NCBI GenBank assembly: GCA_040830765.1
Contig: JBFOMH010000005.1
Location: 160,001 to 224,000, forward strand
Direction: 5' to 3'
Origin: Puniceicoccaceae bacterium
GTDB taxonomy: Bacteria > Verrucomicrobiota > Verrucomicrobiia > Opitutales > Oceanipulchritudinaceae
DNA: 64,000 nucleotides
The notes below the pieces were generated by a model. It saw nothing but the letters and a program-made list of their open reading frames with translations. It did no database searches and had not been told where the DNA came from. Below are positions 28,204 to 37,602 of the stretch, in pieces (position 1 is the stretch's first letter; every line of letters starts with the position of its first letter). Made by a program: the position numbers and the translations under genes.

Positions 28204-30297
28204 CTATTCGCCGTCCTCGGGACGGGTGTATTCTTCAAAGGTGGGATTGGCGGCGGCCATTTTCAGGAAGACATCCAGGGGAACGATCTCAAAGGCGGGT
28301 CCAAGCTGGTCGAGGATGCTTTTCACGCGCGTGATGTCACTCCATTGACGGACGTGCATCAAGAGGAAATAGGGTCGTTTTTCGTTAATGGCCGCCAGTT
28401 CCCGCAAATCGGCCACGACCTCGGCTTCCGAGCGGTCCGGGGACATGTAGTAATCATAGGAGACCAGCGCGCGCCCGTCCCGCATGGCGAACGTATAGGC
28501 CGGGGCGTAGCCGTTGATAATGCCATGGACGTCCGGCATGGCCTCGAAATAGGCATCGATGACCGAATTGGGAAGATCGGGATTCCCCTCGATGGAAGCA
28601 CCCTCGGAGTAGTCCATGATCTCAAACACACTCAGGTCGAGGGTCTCCATGAACTCGACGGACTTGGCCAGTACCGTCGGGAGGTAATCCTTTGGGATGG
28701 CCTTGGCATACATGTAGCCCGGACCGGAAAGGCCGCCGATAAAGAGGTCGTTCGGCGTCGCCTGGTCATAGAACATCTCCAGCATCGAGGGGCCCATCCA
28801 GATCCAGTTGGGAGTCACCTGCCAGGCGTAGGGAATAGTCCCCCGGCCGGGACGCGTCCACGCGCCGATGCCCAGCGAATCCGTCTGCACCGCCGTCAGG
28901 TAGATCTTGTTTTCCGGGACAACGACCTCGTCACGGGTGACGTTGTGGTTGTTCTTGAATTCGAACCCGGGCGACAGCGGCACTTGGGTGTTGAAACTCA
29001 TGTTCGGCAGGGTGTGCAAGCCGGAGACCCGGATGACATGCGAGGAAGCCAGTTTCACATGATCCCGTTCCTTGTCCTTGGCATAGGAATGCCAGCCAAA
29101 GCACATTCCCATCGGGTTCATTTCCGAGAGCAACTGGTCCGCCATGGCATACTCCTCGACATCGTTGGGATCATCATCGTCGCAGGAAAGGTCGGTAAAG
29201 AAACACTCGTGGTACATCCCGAAATCAGCCACACCGGGTCGCATGCGGCGCCCGGCATCCCCACCCATCCAGACTATGTAGTCCTTGTTGGTCCGATCCC
29301 AGTAGGCATCGTAGGCCCAGCGGTAGATTTCGACATCACTCATGCCCGTAAAGCGGCCCCGGTAATCCTCGATTTGCTCAAGGCCGAACTCCTCCATCAA
29401 GGGAATGAATTCCTCGGAAATGACAATCGCGTCTTCCAGCCCGGCCAGGGTAAAGGCGACAATCAGGGAGGTCCGCTCCTCCGTGTCCCAGACGATGTAC
29501 TTGTCCACCTTGTCCTGAAATGTCTGCAGGGCCTGACGAAAAGAGCGGAGCTGGCGGAAGGTGAATTGCTTCTTGGCCTTGTAGTAGTCAAAAATTTCGT
29601 CCGTGAAGCGGAAATCCCATTCCGGGCCATAAATGAAATAGAGCAACGGTGCCTCTTCGTTGACCACCCCCTGGAGCGTGATGAGTGCCGCCTGCTCCGG
29701 TAGATCCCCGTCAATGTACCAGTTGTCGCTCATCTCCATGTAGTAGGCATCGCGCCAGCCCTCCCGCTTGAGGACATAGACAATCGGCTCATCGGCGGGC
29801 CGGGTCGGTCGGTACAGGGTCCAGGTCAGGACGGTGCCATTGGCATTCATCCGCAGGGTCGAGGAAAAGCGCATGTCTTTCCTTCCCTGGGAGGAAATGA
29901 CCGGGCAGGTCTCCTCGAGACGCAGTCCCATATAATCATCCTCCCACCCGGCTGTAATCAATCGATGGCTACCGACCTCACGGCGAACTCCCATGAAGAC
30001 GTTGCTCGGGAATACCTTATGGTCGATCTCCACCTTATTGACCGTTCCCCCAACCTCAAGGTCCAGCGTATCCTCCTGAAAACGCCGCGTTCCCCAACGC
30101 TCGGTGACGTGGATATGGTCTGCCGAAACGTGATGAAATTTCAGGCTGACGGACCGAAAGACATCCACGGCACTGCTTTGCTCGGGTACCATGACCCAGT
30201 TGCCCGTCCAGTCGTCAGGGGTAAGAGCGGCTGTACTGAGGTGCCCACCAGACACGCAGCCAGCGAGTACGGCCAAGATTCTGAAATAGGCTTTCAA
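28204..30297 (-). CDS. GxGYxYP-domain putative glycoside hydrolase with fused N-terminal lipocalin-like beta-barrel
   Basis: Signal peptide, TLQGVVN, GWHSY and GLSGPGYMY. Residues ~28-180 are homologous to the 50642-51163 protein and the remainder to the 49009-50628 protein. Confidence 0.8.
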   Translation of the reverse strand: MKAYFRILAVLAGCVSGGHLSTAALTPDDWTGNWVMVPEQSSAVDVFRSVSLKFHHVSADHIHVTERWGTRRFQEDTLDLEVGGTVNKVEIDHKVFPSNVFMGVRREVGSHRLITAGWEDDYMGLRLEETCPVISSQGRKDMRFSSTLRMNANGTVLTWTLYRPTRPADEPIVYVLKREGWRDAYYMEMSDNWYIDGDLPEQAALITLQGVVNEEAPLLYFIYGPEWDFRFTDEIFDYYKAKKQFTFRQLRSFRQALQTFQDKVDKYIVWDTEERTSLIVAFTLAGLEDAIVISEEFIPLMEEFGLEQIEDYRGRFTGMSDVEIYRWAYDAYWDRTNKDYIVWMGGDAGRRMRPGVADFGMYHECFFTDLSCDDDDPNDVEEYAMADQLLSEMNPMGMCFGWHSYAKDKERDHVKLASSHVIRVSGLHTLPNMSFNTQVPLSPGFEFKNNHNVTRDEVVVPENKIYLTAVQTDSLGIGAWTRPGRGTIPYAWQVTPNWIWMGPSMLEMFYDQATPNDLFIGGLSGPGYMYAKAIPKDYLPTVLAKSVEFMETLDLSVFEIMDYSEGASIEGNPDLPNSVIDAYFEAMPDVHGIINGYAPAYTFAMRDGRALVSYDYYMSPDRSEAEVVADLRELAAINEKRPYFLLMHVRQWSDITRVKSILDQLGPAFEIVPLDVFLKMAAANPTFEEYTRPEDGE

Positions 30298-30453
30298 ACC
30301 AGAAACAGGATTCCTGAATCAGGCGCATTGGCAATTGACCTGTTATTTTACTGAAAAACAGAAGGAATCTCGTCCGGGGAATAGCGCACTGCAATCTTGG
30401 AAGCATGGATTGTCGCGGGAAAGCGGCCCATTTAACTCCTTGGAAACGCCACC

Positions 30454-31278
30454 TTGAATCTCGCCATTATCAGCGATGAAATCTCTCTTGATCTTGAGGA
30501 ATCCATCCGCCTCGGAAAGGAAATGGGATTTCACAAGTACGAATTCCGGTGCCTCGATGACTACGATCATCGCGTACCGGACCTCCTTCCCGGACGGAGG
30601 GAACAGCTTCAGAATCTGGTCGCCAACGATGAAATCCAGGTAACTGCCCTCTCTCCCGGAGTCTTCAAAATCAAGCCTGGTGAAACCGAACGGTTGCATA
30701 AGGAGATGGAAGACATCCTTCCCCGTACCTGCGTGATGGCAGTCGAGCTGGATGCCCCGAGGATCATCGTCTTCGGATTCCTGCGGGAGGCTGGCGTGCC
30801 GGAGGATCAGGTCATCGACCTGCTCAGGCAGGCCGCGCAGGTGGTGGACACATTCGGTTTGGAGATGTCGATTGAGAACGAGCCGGGGGCCTATTGTGAC
30901 ACAGGGGCAAATACCGCCAGGATGATCGATGCCATTGGCATGGACAATGTGACGGTCAACTGGGATCCCGCCAATGCGCATGTATCCGGCGAAGTTGCCT
31001 TCCCAGCCGGTTACGAAGCTGCCCTCCACCATATCGGCAATGTCCACATCAAGGACGCTGTTCCCATTCCACCAGACAAGTGGGAGAACCGCCTCATCGG
31101 CGATGGTGGTGTCGATTGGCCGGGACAATTGAGGCGACTGCTGCAAGATCGGCCGGTGGAGCACCTGACCCTGGAGACCCATGTCTTTCCCCTCATTGAG
31201 TCGACCCGCGAGGATCTTCGCCGCTTGATACATATGCTGGCGGAAGCTGAATCCAGCCTGAAGGGAGCGAAAGCATGA
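30454..31278 (+). CDS. Sugar-phosphate isomerase/epimerase (xylose-isomerase-like TIM barrel)
   Basis: IISDEI, IENE, WDPAN, VHIKD and LETH metal motifs. Confidence 0.88.
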   Translation: MNLAIISDEISLDLEESIRLGKEMGFHKYEFRCLDDYDHRVPDLLPGRREQLQNLVANDEIQVTALSPGVFKIKPGETERLHKEMEDILPRTCVMAVELDAPRIIVFGFLREAGVPEDQVIDLLRQAAQVVDTFGLEMSIENEPGAYCDTGANTARMIDAIGMDNVTVNWDPANAHVSGEVAFPAGYEAALHHIGNVHIKDAVPIPPDKWENRLIGDGGVDWPGQLRRLLQDRPVEHLTLETHVFPLIESTREDLRRLIHMLAEAESSLKGAKA

Positions 31279-33233
31279 AGCTGTCCTATTGCACTTCATT
31301 CCTTGTCACTTCCCTGTCGACTACCCTGCTCCAGGCGGGAACGCCATGGGAGGATATCACCAATGAGGTGGGCATCGGACAAAACCATGTCGCCCGCTTG
31401 AAGTTTGCCGACCTCAACAACGATCATTGGCCAGACATTGTGATTCTGCCGGAATTCAGGGCCGGCGGGGAACCCCTGGTGTTCCTCAACTCCGGTGGTG
31501 GGGACTCCGTCCAATTCCAATCCCTTTCATCCACGGGACTTCCGTCCCTTGGGCGGGGGGACGTCCTTGCCTTCGCCGACCTGAACAATGACGGGAAGGC
31601 CGATGCCATCATTGGACGCTATCTGGATATTTACCAGGAGGATTACAGTCCGCCGGAAATTGAACCAACCCGCACCGCCTGGCTGGCCGGCAACGGTGAT
31701 GGGACTTTTGCAGAGCCGCAGATTCTCGAATCAGCCCAATTGGCCACGACCTGTGCCATCGCGGTTGGGGACGTCAACCAGGACGGCCTGCCGGATATCC
31801 TTCTGGGCAACTGGTATGAGCGCTACTTCAGCGGATTTGAGGGATTTTCCAACGACCTTCTCCTGCAATACGGGGACGAGCAGGCCTTTGCCCGCTGGCC
31901 AGTGCCGGATGAAAGCCGCGTCACGGATTATCATGATGACCTTGCCGGGCGCCCGACCTACGGGGCCGCCCTGCCCCGGTTGGATGATGGCCTGCCGATG
32001 CTCCTTGAGTTGAACTATGGTCGTCGCTGGAACCGCCTCTATCGCATGGAGGCGCGCCAGCCCTTGCGTGAAATACCCGGATTCACCTCCTCTGAGCCGC
32101 TGGTCCTGCAGGACCCCAGGGCGCTTGCCGGACAGGTGACGCGCAATTTGCGTGGCCGGAACATCGCTGCTGAGGCGGGCGTGGACGGCGACAGCATCCG
32201 ACATGGACGCCACCCTAAATGGCCAACCGATCATGTCGAAGCCAGCCCTCGCTCCACCCGTCCGGATGAGCCGCCCTTCCGGGCCAATGGCAACACCTTT
32301 GATACAGCCATCGGGGACATCGACAATGACGGAGACTTCGACCTTTTCGTCTCCACCATCATTCATGCCTGGGCCGGGGAATCCTCCGACAAGTCGCGAT
32401 TCCTCGTGAACCAGCTCAATGAAACCGGTGAGCTGACCTTTCTCAGCTTCGAGCACCTTTCCGTCGACCGCATCCCTGAATTGCCACCGGCCGGCGAGCC
32501 CTTGAGCCTTGTCCATACCCGTTACAACCAAGGGGACATATTCGCGGAGCTAGCCGATCTCAATCACGATGGCCGGCTCGATCTCATCCTCTGCTCCTCC
32601 GATTACCCGGACCCGCCTCCCCATGATGAACGGCTGCGCATCTATTTCCAGCAGGAAGACGGGCGCTTTCTCGATGTTACGGCCGAGCTCGGTATCGACC
32701 ATGTTGGAGCCGGCATGCCATCGCTCGCCGATATCGATGGTGATGGGGATCTCGATATAGTGGTCGGACAAAGCTTCAATCGCCTCCGGGCTGATCAAAG
32801 GCGCGCGGCTGCCATCACTTCCGGCGCCCTTCCGGCGGATGCTCCGGAAACCGCCAAACCGCGTCCATTGGCGCGGTTGTTCCGGAATAACTCCCCCGGC
32901 GATCGGCAGTCGCTCATGCTGACCTTACTTGGCGATCCCGACCAAGGAGTGACGCGTTCCGCCTACGGGAGCATTGTCCGTCTGGCCGCGGACCTCGACG
33001 GCGACCCGGAAACCCCGCCAGTAGTCCAGATGCGACAGGTTATGGGTCCTTACGGCCATTCGGGTAAACAGCAGACTACGGCCCTGCACTTCGGACTCGG
33101 GGAAGCGGAATACGCGGAGTGGATCGAAGTCGAATGGGCTGGCTCAAAGGAGGAGCCCGTCAAACTGGAGAAAGTGACCGCCGGGCATTACCTATTGGAC
33201 CAGTCCTCTAACACACTGGAACCTATTAAGTAA
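31275..33233 (+). CDS. CRTAC1/ASPIC-UnbV-like FG-GAP repeat protein
   Basis: Signal peptide, multiple ADLNNDG/GDIDNDGDFD repeats and C-terminal LHFGLG...IEVEW. Confidence 0.8.
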   Translation: MKLSYCTSFLVTSLSTTLLQAGTPWEDITNEVGIGQNHVARLKFADLNNDHWPDIVILPEFRAGGEPLVFLNSGGGDSVQFQSLSSTGLPSLGRGDVLAFADLNNDGKADAIIGRYLDIYQEDYSPPEIEPTRTAWLAGNGDGTFAEPQILESAQLATTCAIAVGDVNQDGLPDILLGNWYERYFSGFEGFSNDLLLQYGDEQAFARWPVPDESRVTDYHDDLAGRPTYGAALPRLDDGLPMLLELNYGRRWNRLYRMEARQPLREIPGFTSSEPLVLQDPRALAGQVTRNLRGRNIAAEAGVDGDSIRHGRHPKWPTDHVEASPRSTRPDEPPFRANGNTFDTAIGDIDNDGDFDLFVSTIIHAWAGESSDKSRFLVNQLNETGELTFLSFEHLSVDRIPELPPAGEPLSLVHTRYNQGDIFAELADLNHDGRLDLILCSSDYPDPPPHDERLRIYFQQEDGRFLDVTAELGIDHVGAGMPSLADIDGDGDLDIVVGQSFNRLRADQRRAAAITSGALPADAPETAKPRPLARLFRNNSPGDRQSLMLTLLGDPDQGVTRSAYGSIVRLAADLDGDPETPPVVQMRQVMGPYGHSGKQQTTALHFGLGEAEYAEWIEVEWAGSKEEPVKLEKVTAGHYLLDQSSNTLEPIK

Positions 33234-33234
33234 A

Positions 33235-35277
33235 ATGAAGACCTGCGGCCGCAAGACACCTTGTACTTTTGTAGCGACTATCTCGCTATTCCTGGTAACG
33301 CTTTTCATGCCGGTAATCGGCTGGTCGATGGTTGCTGAAATCGATCTATCTGCCGTCGAGGGAAAGCATCCCCGGATATTAGTAAAGGAGGATGACTTCG
33401 AGAAAATCCGCAACCGCCAATGGGATCCGTTAGGGCAGCGGTATTGGGAATTCATCCACTTCAGCGGAAACAGCATGCTCAAGGAGGAACCGGTCAAGCG
33501 CGAACTGACCGGTTACCGCCTCCTGCAGCAATCCCGCCGGGCCCTCAAGCGCATCCTCACCTGGACTCTTCTCTACCGTGTGGAGGGTGATTCCACGTTC
33601 CGCGACCGGGCCATCGAGGAAATGGAATCCATTGCCGCCTTTACCGACTGGAATCCGCGCCACTACCTGGATGTTGGGGAAATGGCCCTCGCCCTGGCCA
33701 TTGGCACCGATTGGCTCTGGGATGAGCTCACCGAGGACCAGCGGGACCGGTACCTCGATGCCTTGGAAACCAAAGGCATCCTTCCTTCGCTCGACGAGGA
33801 CCATCTCTACAACTGGTGGATTTATTATTACAACAATTGGAATCCGGTCTGCCACTCGGGAATCATCGCCGCCGCCCTGATGATTTCCGAACGCAATCCG
33901 GATCTGGCGGAAAAGGTCATCCAAAGGGCCATCCGGGCCTTTCCGGAAACACTCACTTCCTACCAGCCCGATGGTGCTTATCCGGAAGGGCCAGTCTATT
34001 GGGACTATGGGACCCTTTTCAGCGGAATCGTCCTCAATCTGCTCGACACTGCCTTTGGTACTAAATTCGGGTTGGACGAGGACCCCGCCTTTCGCGCCTC
34101 GGCCACCTTCCGGGCATTGGCAATTACGCCCACCGGAAAGTTCTACAATTACGCCGACTGTTACGAGACGGATCGCTTTGCCATTGTCACGGCCTGGTTT
34201 GCGCGCGAATACGGCAACGCTGCCGCCTATCGGGAAATGCGCCGCGGCCTGTCCTCCCTGCTCGACCGCGATGATTGGGTTGCCGAGGATGCGAGAGGTC
34301 GCCTTCTGCCCATCCTCGCCCTCTGGTATCCCGCGAACATGTCGATGGGTAGCGAGGCCAAGCTCCCGACCACCTGGTTGGGCCGTGGACCCAATCCAGT
34401 CGCCTTTGTCCGCGAAAACTGGGAGGACCCGAACGCCTTTTTTCTCGGTTTCAAGGGGAACGATTGTTCAGTCAGCCATGCCCATATGGATGGAGGCAGT
34501 TTCATCCTCGAGGACGAAGGTGTCCGCTGGGCGGTCGACTTGGGTTCCCAGGCCTATAACAGCCTTGAGAGCACCGGCCTCGGCCTCTGGGACCGCCGGC
34601 AGTATTCGGATCGCTGGCGGGTATTCCGCCTTGGTCCGGAGAGCCACAACATCCTCCTAATCGATGAGCGTCCGCGCAATGCCGATACCAAAGGCGATAT
34701 TGTACACTTTGAGGACAATGGCGACTCCATTCATGGGATTGTCGAGCTGACACCCCTCGTCCCCGGCCAGGCCAAGAGCTACCAACGGCACTTCAAGGTC
34801 CATGACTTCAAAGTTCTGGAAATAGTCGATGAGGTCGTGGAAACCCGTCACCACACCGGACGCCAGGGAACAGCCGCCTCCAGCCTCCGCTGGCGCATGG
34901 CCACCCGGGCAGAGATCACCATAGACGGGGACAGCGCCACCCTCCAGCAGGATGGCAAGACCCTCTACCTGAAAGTGGTTGCTCCCGAAAATTTCACCTT
35001 GCGGGCAACTCCCATTGATGCCCCCCGACGCTGGTGGGATGAGCCCAATCCCGGAGTCTCCGCCATCGACTTGTGGACCCACACTGAACACCTCACCGGC
35101 AACCAGACCATCCGCGTCCTCATGAGCACGGATAAGGAGGCACTTGAAGGTAGTGAGCGCCTTTATGGCGCGACTGGGTCGCGGGATAAACCCGCTCACT
35201 ACAACATCGATACTTCGCGGGATAAACCCGCTCGCTACGTAACTCATACGTCGCGGGATAAACCCGCTCCCAACTGA
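33235..35277 (+). CDS. Heparinase II/III-like polysaccharide lyase
   Basis: HPRIL, WNPRHYLDVGEM, NNWNPVC, DGAYPEGPVYWDYG, HAHMDGGSF and SHNILLID. The last ~32 codons derive from repeat DNA. Confidence 0.85.
   Translation: MKTCGRKTPCTFVATISLFLVTLFMPVIGWSMVAEIDLSAVEGKHPRILVKEDDFEKIRNRQWDPLGQRYWEFIHFSGNSMLKEEPVKRELTGYRLLQQSRRALKRILTWTLLYRVEGDSTFRDRAIEEMESIAAFTDWNPRHYLDVGEMALALAIGTDWLWDELTEDQRDRYLDALETKGILPSLDEDHLYNWWIYYYNNWNPVCHSGIIAAALMISERNPDLAEKVIQRAIRAFPETLTSYQPDGAYPEGPVYWDYGTLFSGIVLNLLDTAFGTKFGLDEDPAFRASATFRALAITPTGKFYNYADCYETDRFAIVTAWFAREYGNAAAYREMRRGLSSLLDRDDWVAEDARGRLLPILALWYPANMSMGSEAKLPTTWLGRGPNPVAFVRENWEDPNAFFLGFKGNDCSVSHAHMDGGSFILEDEGVRWAVDLGSQAYNSLESTGLGLWDRRQYSDRWRVFRLGPESHNILLIDERPRNADTKGDIVHFEDNGDSIHGIVELTPLVPGQAKSYQRHFKVHDFKVLEIVDEVVETRHHTGRQGTAASSLRWRMATRAEITIDGDSATLQQDGKTLYLKVVAPENFTLRATPIDAPRRWWDEPNPGVSAIDLWTHTEHLTGNQTIRVLMSTDKEALEGSERLYGATGSRDKPAHYNIDTSRDKPARYVTHTSRDKPAPN
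35179..35274 (+). repeat. Three 24-bp REP-like direct repeats (36-bp period) inside the lyase 3' end
   Basis: TCGCGGGATAAACCCGCTC(A/G/C)C(T/A)AC at 35179, 35215 and 35251 with 12-bp unique linkers. The same unit forms the palindrome at 47138-47194. Confidence 0.9.
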
Positions 35278-35287
35278 ATTTATTCCA

Positions 35288-37594
35288 ATGAACATTAACG
35301 AAGCACTCTCCCGTATCGACTCCATCACGACGCTCCATCCGGACATTCCGGTCGAGCAGACAACCGCCGACTTCCTTAAGGGACACTGTGGCAGCAATGT
35401 CGCTGATTCCGGAACCACTCTGAAAATAGGCGTCCTCAACAAGGACGAAGCGGCACAGATTGATTCCCGCCTCGAGTCCATTGAGGAATGGCGTTACATC
35501 TGCGTCTCGGACAATGGAGACATTGAACTCTATGCCTCTCATACCTGGTTCCTTTACCGCCTCGCCAGCCAACTGGTTGAAGACTGGAAACAGCGGGATG
35601 TAGCCGACTTCCGCGAGGGCCTGATCCTGGAGGCCGCCTTCAAGCACCTCCGTCCGGCCTATGATTCCCTCCTCAACAACCATGCCCGGACCGCCAAGGG
35701 CTTTGATCCGGAGGACCATATTCGGGAAATGGCCCGGCTGGGATTCACTCATGTCGAGGTCAATGGGCTCGCCGCCACATTCCCCTACGAGCAAGCCGCT
35801 CCGGATGAGCTCCTCTATCGCTTCTATACTTACTGCGCCGCCCTGGACCAGTTTGTCTACAGCAAGCTGAACAAGGGTATCTACCCTTACGAGTATCTCC
35901 GGGCCAATCTCAACCGGCTCAAGCAATCAGCCCAGCTGGCGGAGAAATATGGTCTGCGTGCCGGCATCCTCTCCTTTGAGCCACGGAGCGTTCCGGATCA
36001 GTTACTGGAGCGCTACCCCATGCTCCGCGGGGCCCGGGTCGACCATCCCCTGCGCTCCTTCCGTCCGCGCTACAACCTGACCACCGCCCACCCTGTCGTG
36101 CTCGACCACTACAGCGAGATGCTGGAGAAGATCCTTCGCGAGGCTCCAAACATCGATTACATGGTCATTTGGTCCAATGACAGCGGGGCCGGATTTGAAT
36201 ATACCAGTTCGCTCTACGTCGGGCGAAATGGCGGCGGCTACGTCATCCGCGAATTCAAGGGCGATGACGCCATCGCCCGGGCGGCCGCCGCCAACATGAT
36301 GCGTTTCATGAAGACCATCCGGGATGCCGGTCGCCGGGTGAATCCCAATTTCTTTTCCGTCCTCCGCAGCGAAATGTTCTGGGTCGAGGATCCCTACATC
36401 CGGGAGGAACTGGAAGAAGGCGTTGACCTCGAGGTCAACTCGCTCGTCGCCCAGGGCTTTGACCTCGGGTATCAGCATCCCAAATACGACTGGGCTGACG
36501 ACTTTAACTTCTGCGGCCTCTTCAACCAGTGTTCCGACGAGGAAAGCGTGGCCCGGGAGGAAGTGGAGGCCTGCGGCTCCAACGCCCACCTCTTTTTCAG
36601 CCCCGGCACCTTCTGGAACATGGAGCCCATCCTCGCACCGGTCTATCCACGACTGTTGCATGAACGGTTGAGTGCCCTCCACAAGCAGGGATTCTCCCAT
36701 GCCGCCAGCCTTACCGGAACCATGGCCTCCGAGCTGGCTCCATGGAATATCAACCAGGAAGTGCTCCGCGCCTTCCAGAATGATGCCGGAATGGATCTGA
36801 ATGCGCTCCTCCAACAGCGGGCCAGCGACTGGGTCGGCCCGGAGGAGTCGGATAACCTTGTCACCATCTGGAACCATGCCGATGAGGCCTATCGCTGCTA
36901 TCCGCCGCCGGTAAGTGTCCTTTCCATGTGGAGCACGTGGTACCGCATCCTTGTCCGCCCCTTTGTTCCCAATTTTGAGGCCCTCAGCGTGGAAGACCGC
37001 TCCTTCTACGAGGACTTCCACCTTGGGCATGCCAACAATCGGGTCCGGGTCGATTTCCGGCGCGAGGTCAATTTCGACTTCTGTCCGCCCGATTACGGAA
37101 CCAAGTGCCGCGAAGCCATTACCGGGAATGTCTATCCGGAAATCAAGGCGGCCGTTGAACTGGCCAAGGCCCGCCGCGACGCCACCGACCCGGATTCACC
37201 CGCCCACAAGGTCTTCAGCGACCTCTACAAACGCCTATACGGCGCACAGTGCTGGTTCCGGACCCAGCGCAATGTGGCCGGCTGGATCGAGGGCGTTCAC
37301 GGTTACATGGAAGCGGAGGACGACTCCACCAAGAAGAAGTGCCGTGCCCTCACCCGGGAGATTATCCTCGATGAAAAGGAGAATGCCTCCGACCTCCTCC
37401 AGCTTGTCGAATCCGAGGGGACCGACTGGATGCTCGCCTCCGCCGTTGGCGAAACCACCTTCATCTACGGGGAAAACTTTCCCGAGCTCCTGCGCCGCAA
37501 GATTGAGCTCATGGAAGGCCGGGAGGATGACGAGCCCTTCGTCGATCCCGACTTCATGTGGCGCGTCCCGGGCATCAACCATCCCAAGGAATAG
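35288..37594 (+). CDS. Uncharacterised 768-aa protein, possibly glycoside-hydrolase-like TIM barrel
   Basis: Long ORF within a CAZyme operon with WSNDSGAGF and SFEPRSVP segments and no signal peptide. Family not recognised. Confidence 0.6.
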   Translation: MNINEALSRIDSITTLHPDIPVEQTTADFLKGHCGSNVADSGTTLKIGVLNKDEAAQIDSRLESIEEWRYICVSDNGDIELYASHTWFLYRLASQLVEDWKQRDVADFREGLILEAAFKHLRPAYDSLLNNHARTAKGFDPEDHIREMARLGFTHVEVNGLAATFPYEQAAPDELLYRFYTYCAALDQFVYSKLNKGIYPYEYLRANLNRLKQSAQLAEKYGLRAGILSFEPRSVPDQLLERYPMLRGARVDHPLRSFRPRYNLTTAHPVVLDHYSEMLEKILREAPNIDYMVIWSNDSGAGFEYTSSLYVGRNGGGYVIREFKGDDAIARAAAANMMRFMKTIRDAGRRVNPNFFSVLRSEMFWVEDPYIREELEEGVDLEVNSLVAQGFDLGYQHPKYDWADDFNFCGLFNQCSDEESVAREEVEACGSNAHLFFSPGTFWNMEPILAPVYPRLLHERLSALHKQGFSHAASLTGTMASELAPWNINQEVLRAFQNDAGMDLNALLQQRASDWVGPEESDNLVTIWNHADEAYRCYPPPVSVLSMWSTWYRILVRPFVPNFEALSVEDRSFYEDFHLGHANNRVRVDFRREVNFDFCPPDYGTKCREAITGNVYPEIKAAVELAKARRDATDPDSPAHKVFSDLYKRLYGAQCWFRTQRNVAGWIEGVHGYMEAEDDSTKKKCRALTREIILDEKENASDLLQLVESEGTDWMLASAVGETTFIYGENFPELLRRKIELMEGREDDEPFVDPDFMWRVPGINHPKE

Positions 37595-37602
37595 CATTGC
37601 CT

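Noticed and set aside
28051..29703. 550-aa plus-strand ORF (also 24043-25380 +, 42306-43481 -, 56389-57759 -)
   Set aside because: Each is antisense to well-supported genes and lacks motifs; long antisense ORFs are common in GC-rich coding DNA.
35179..35274. Repeat-spacer pattern resembling a mini CRISPR array
   Set aside because: Spacers are only 12 bp, the unit matches a REP palindrome elsewhere, it lies in a CDS, and no cas genes are present.
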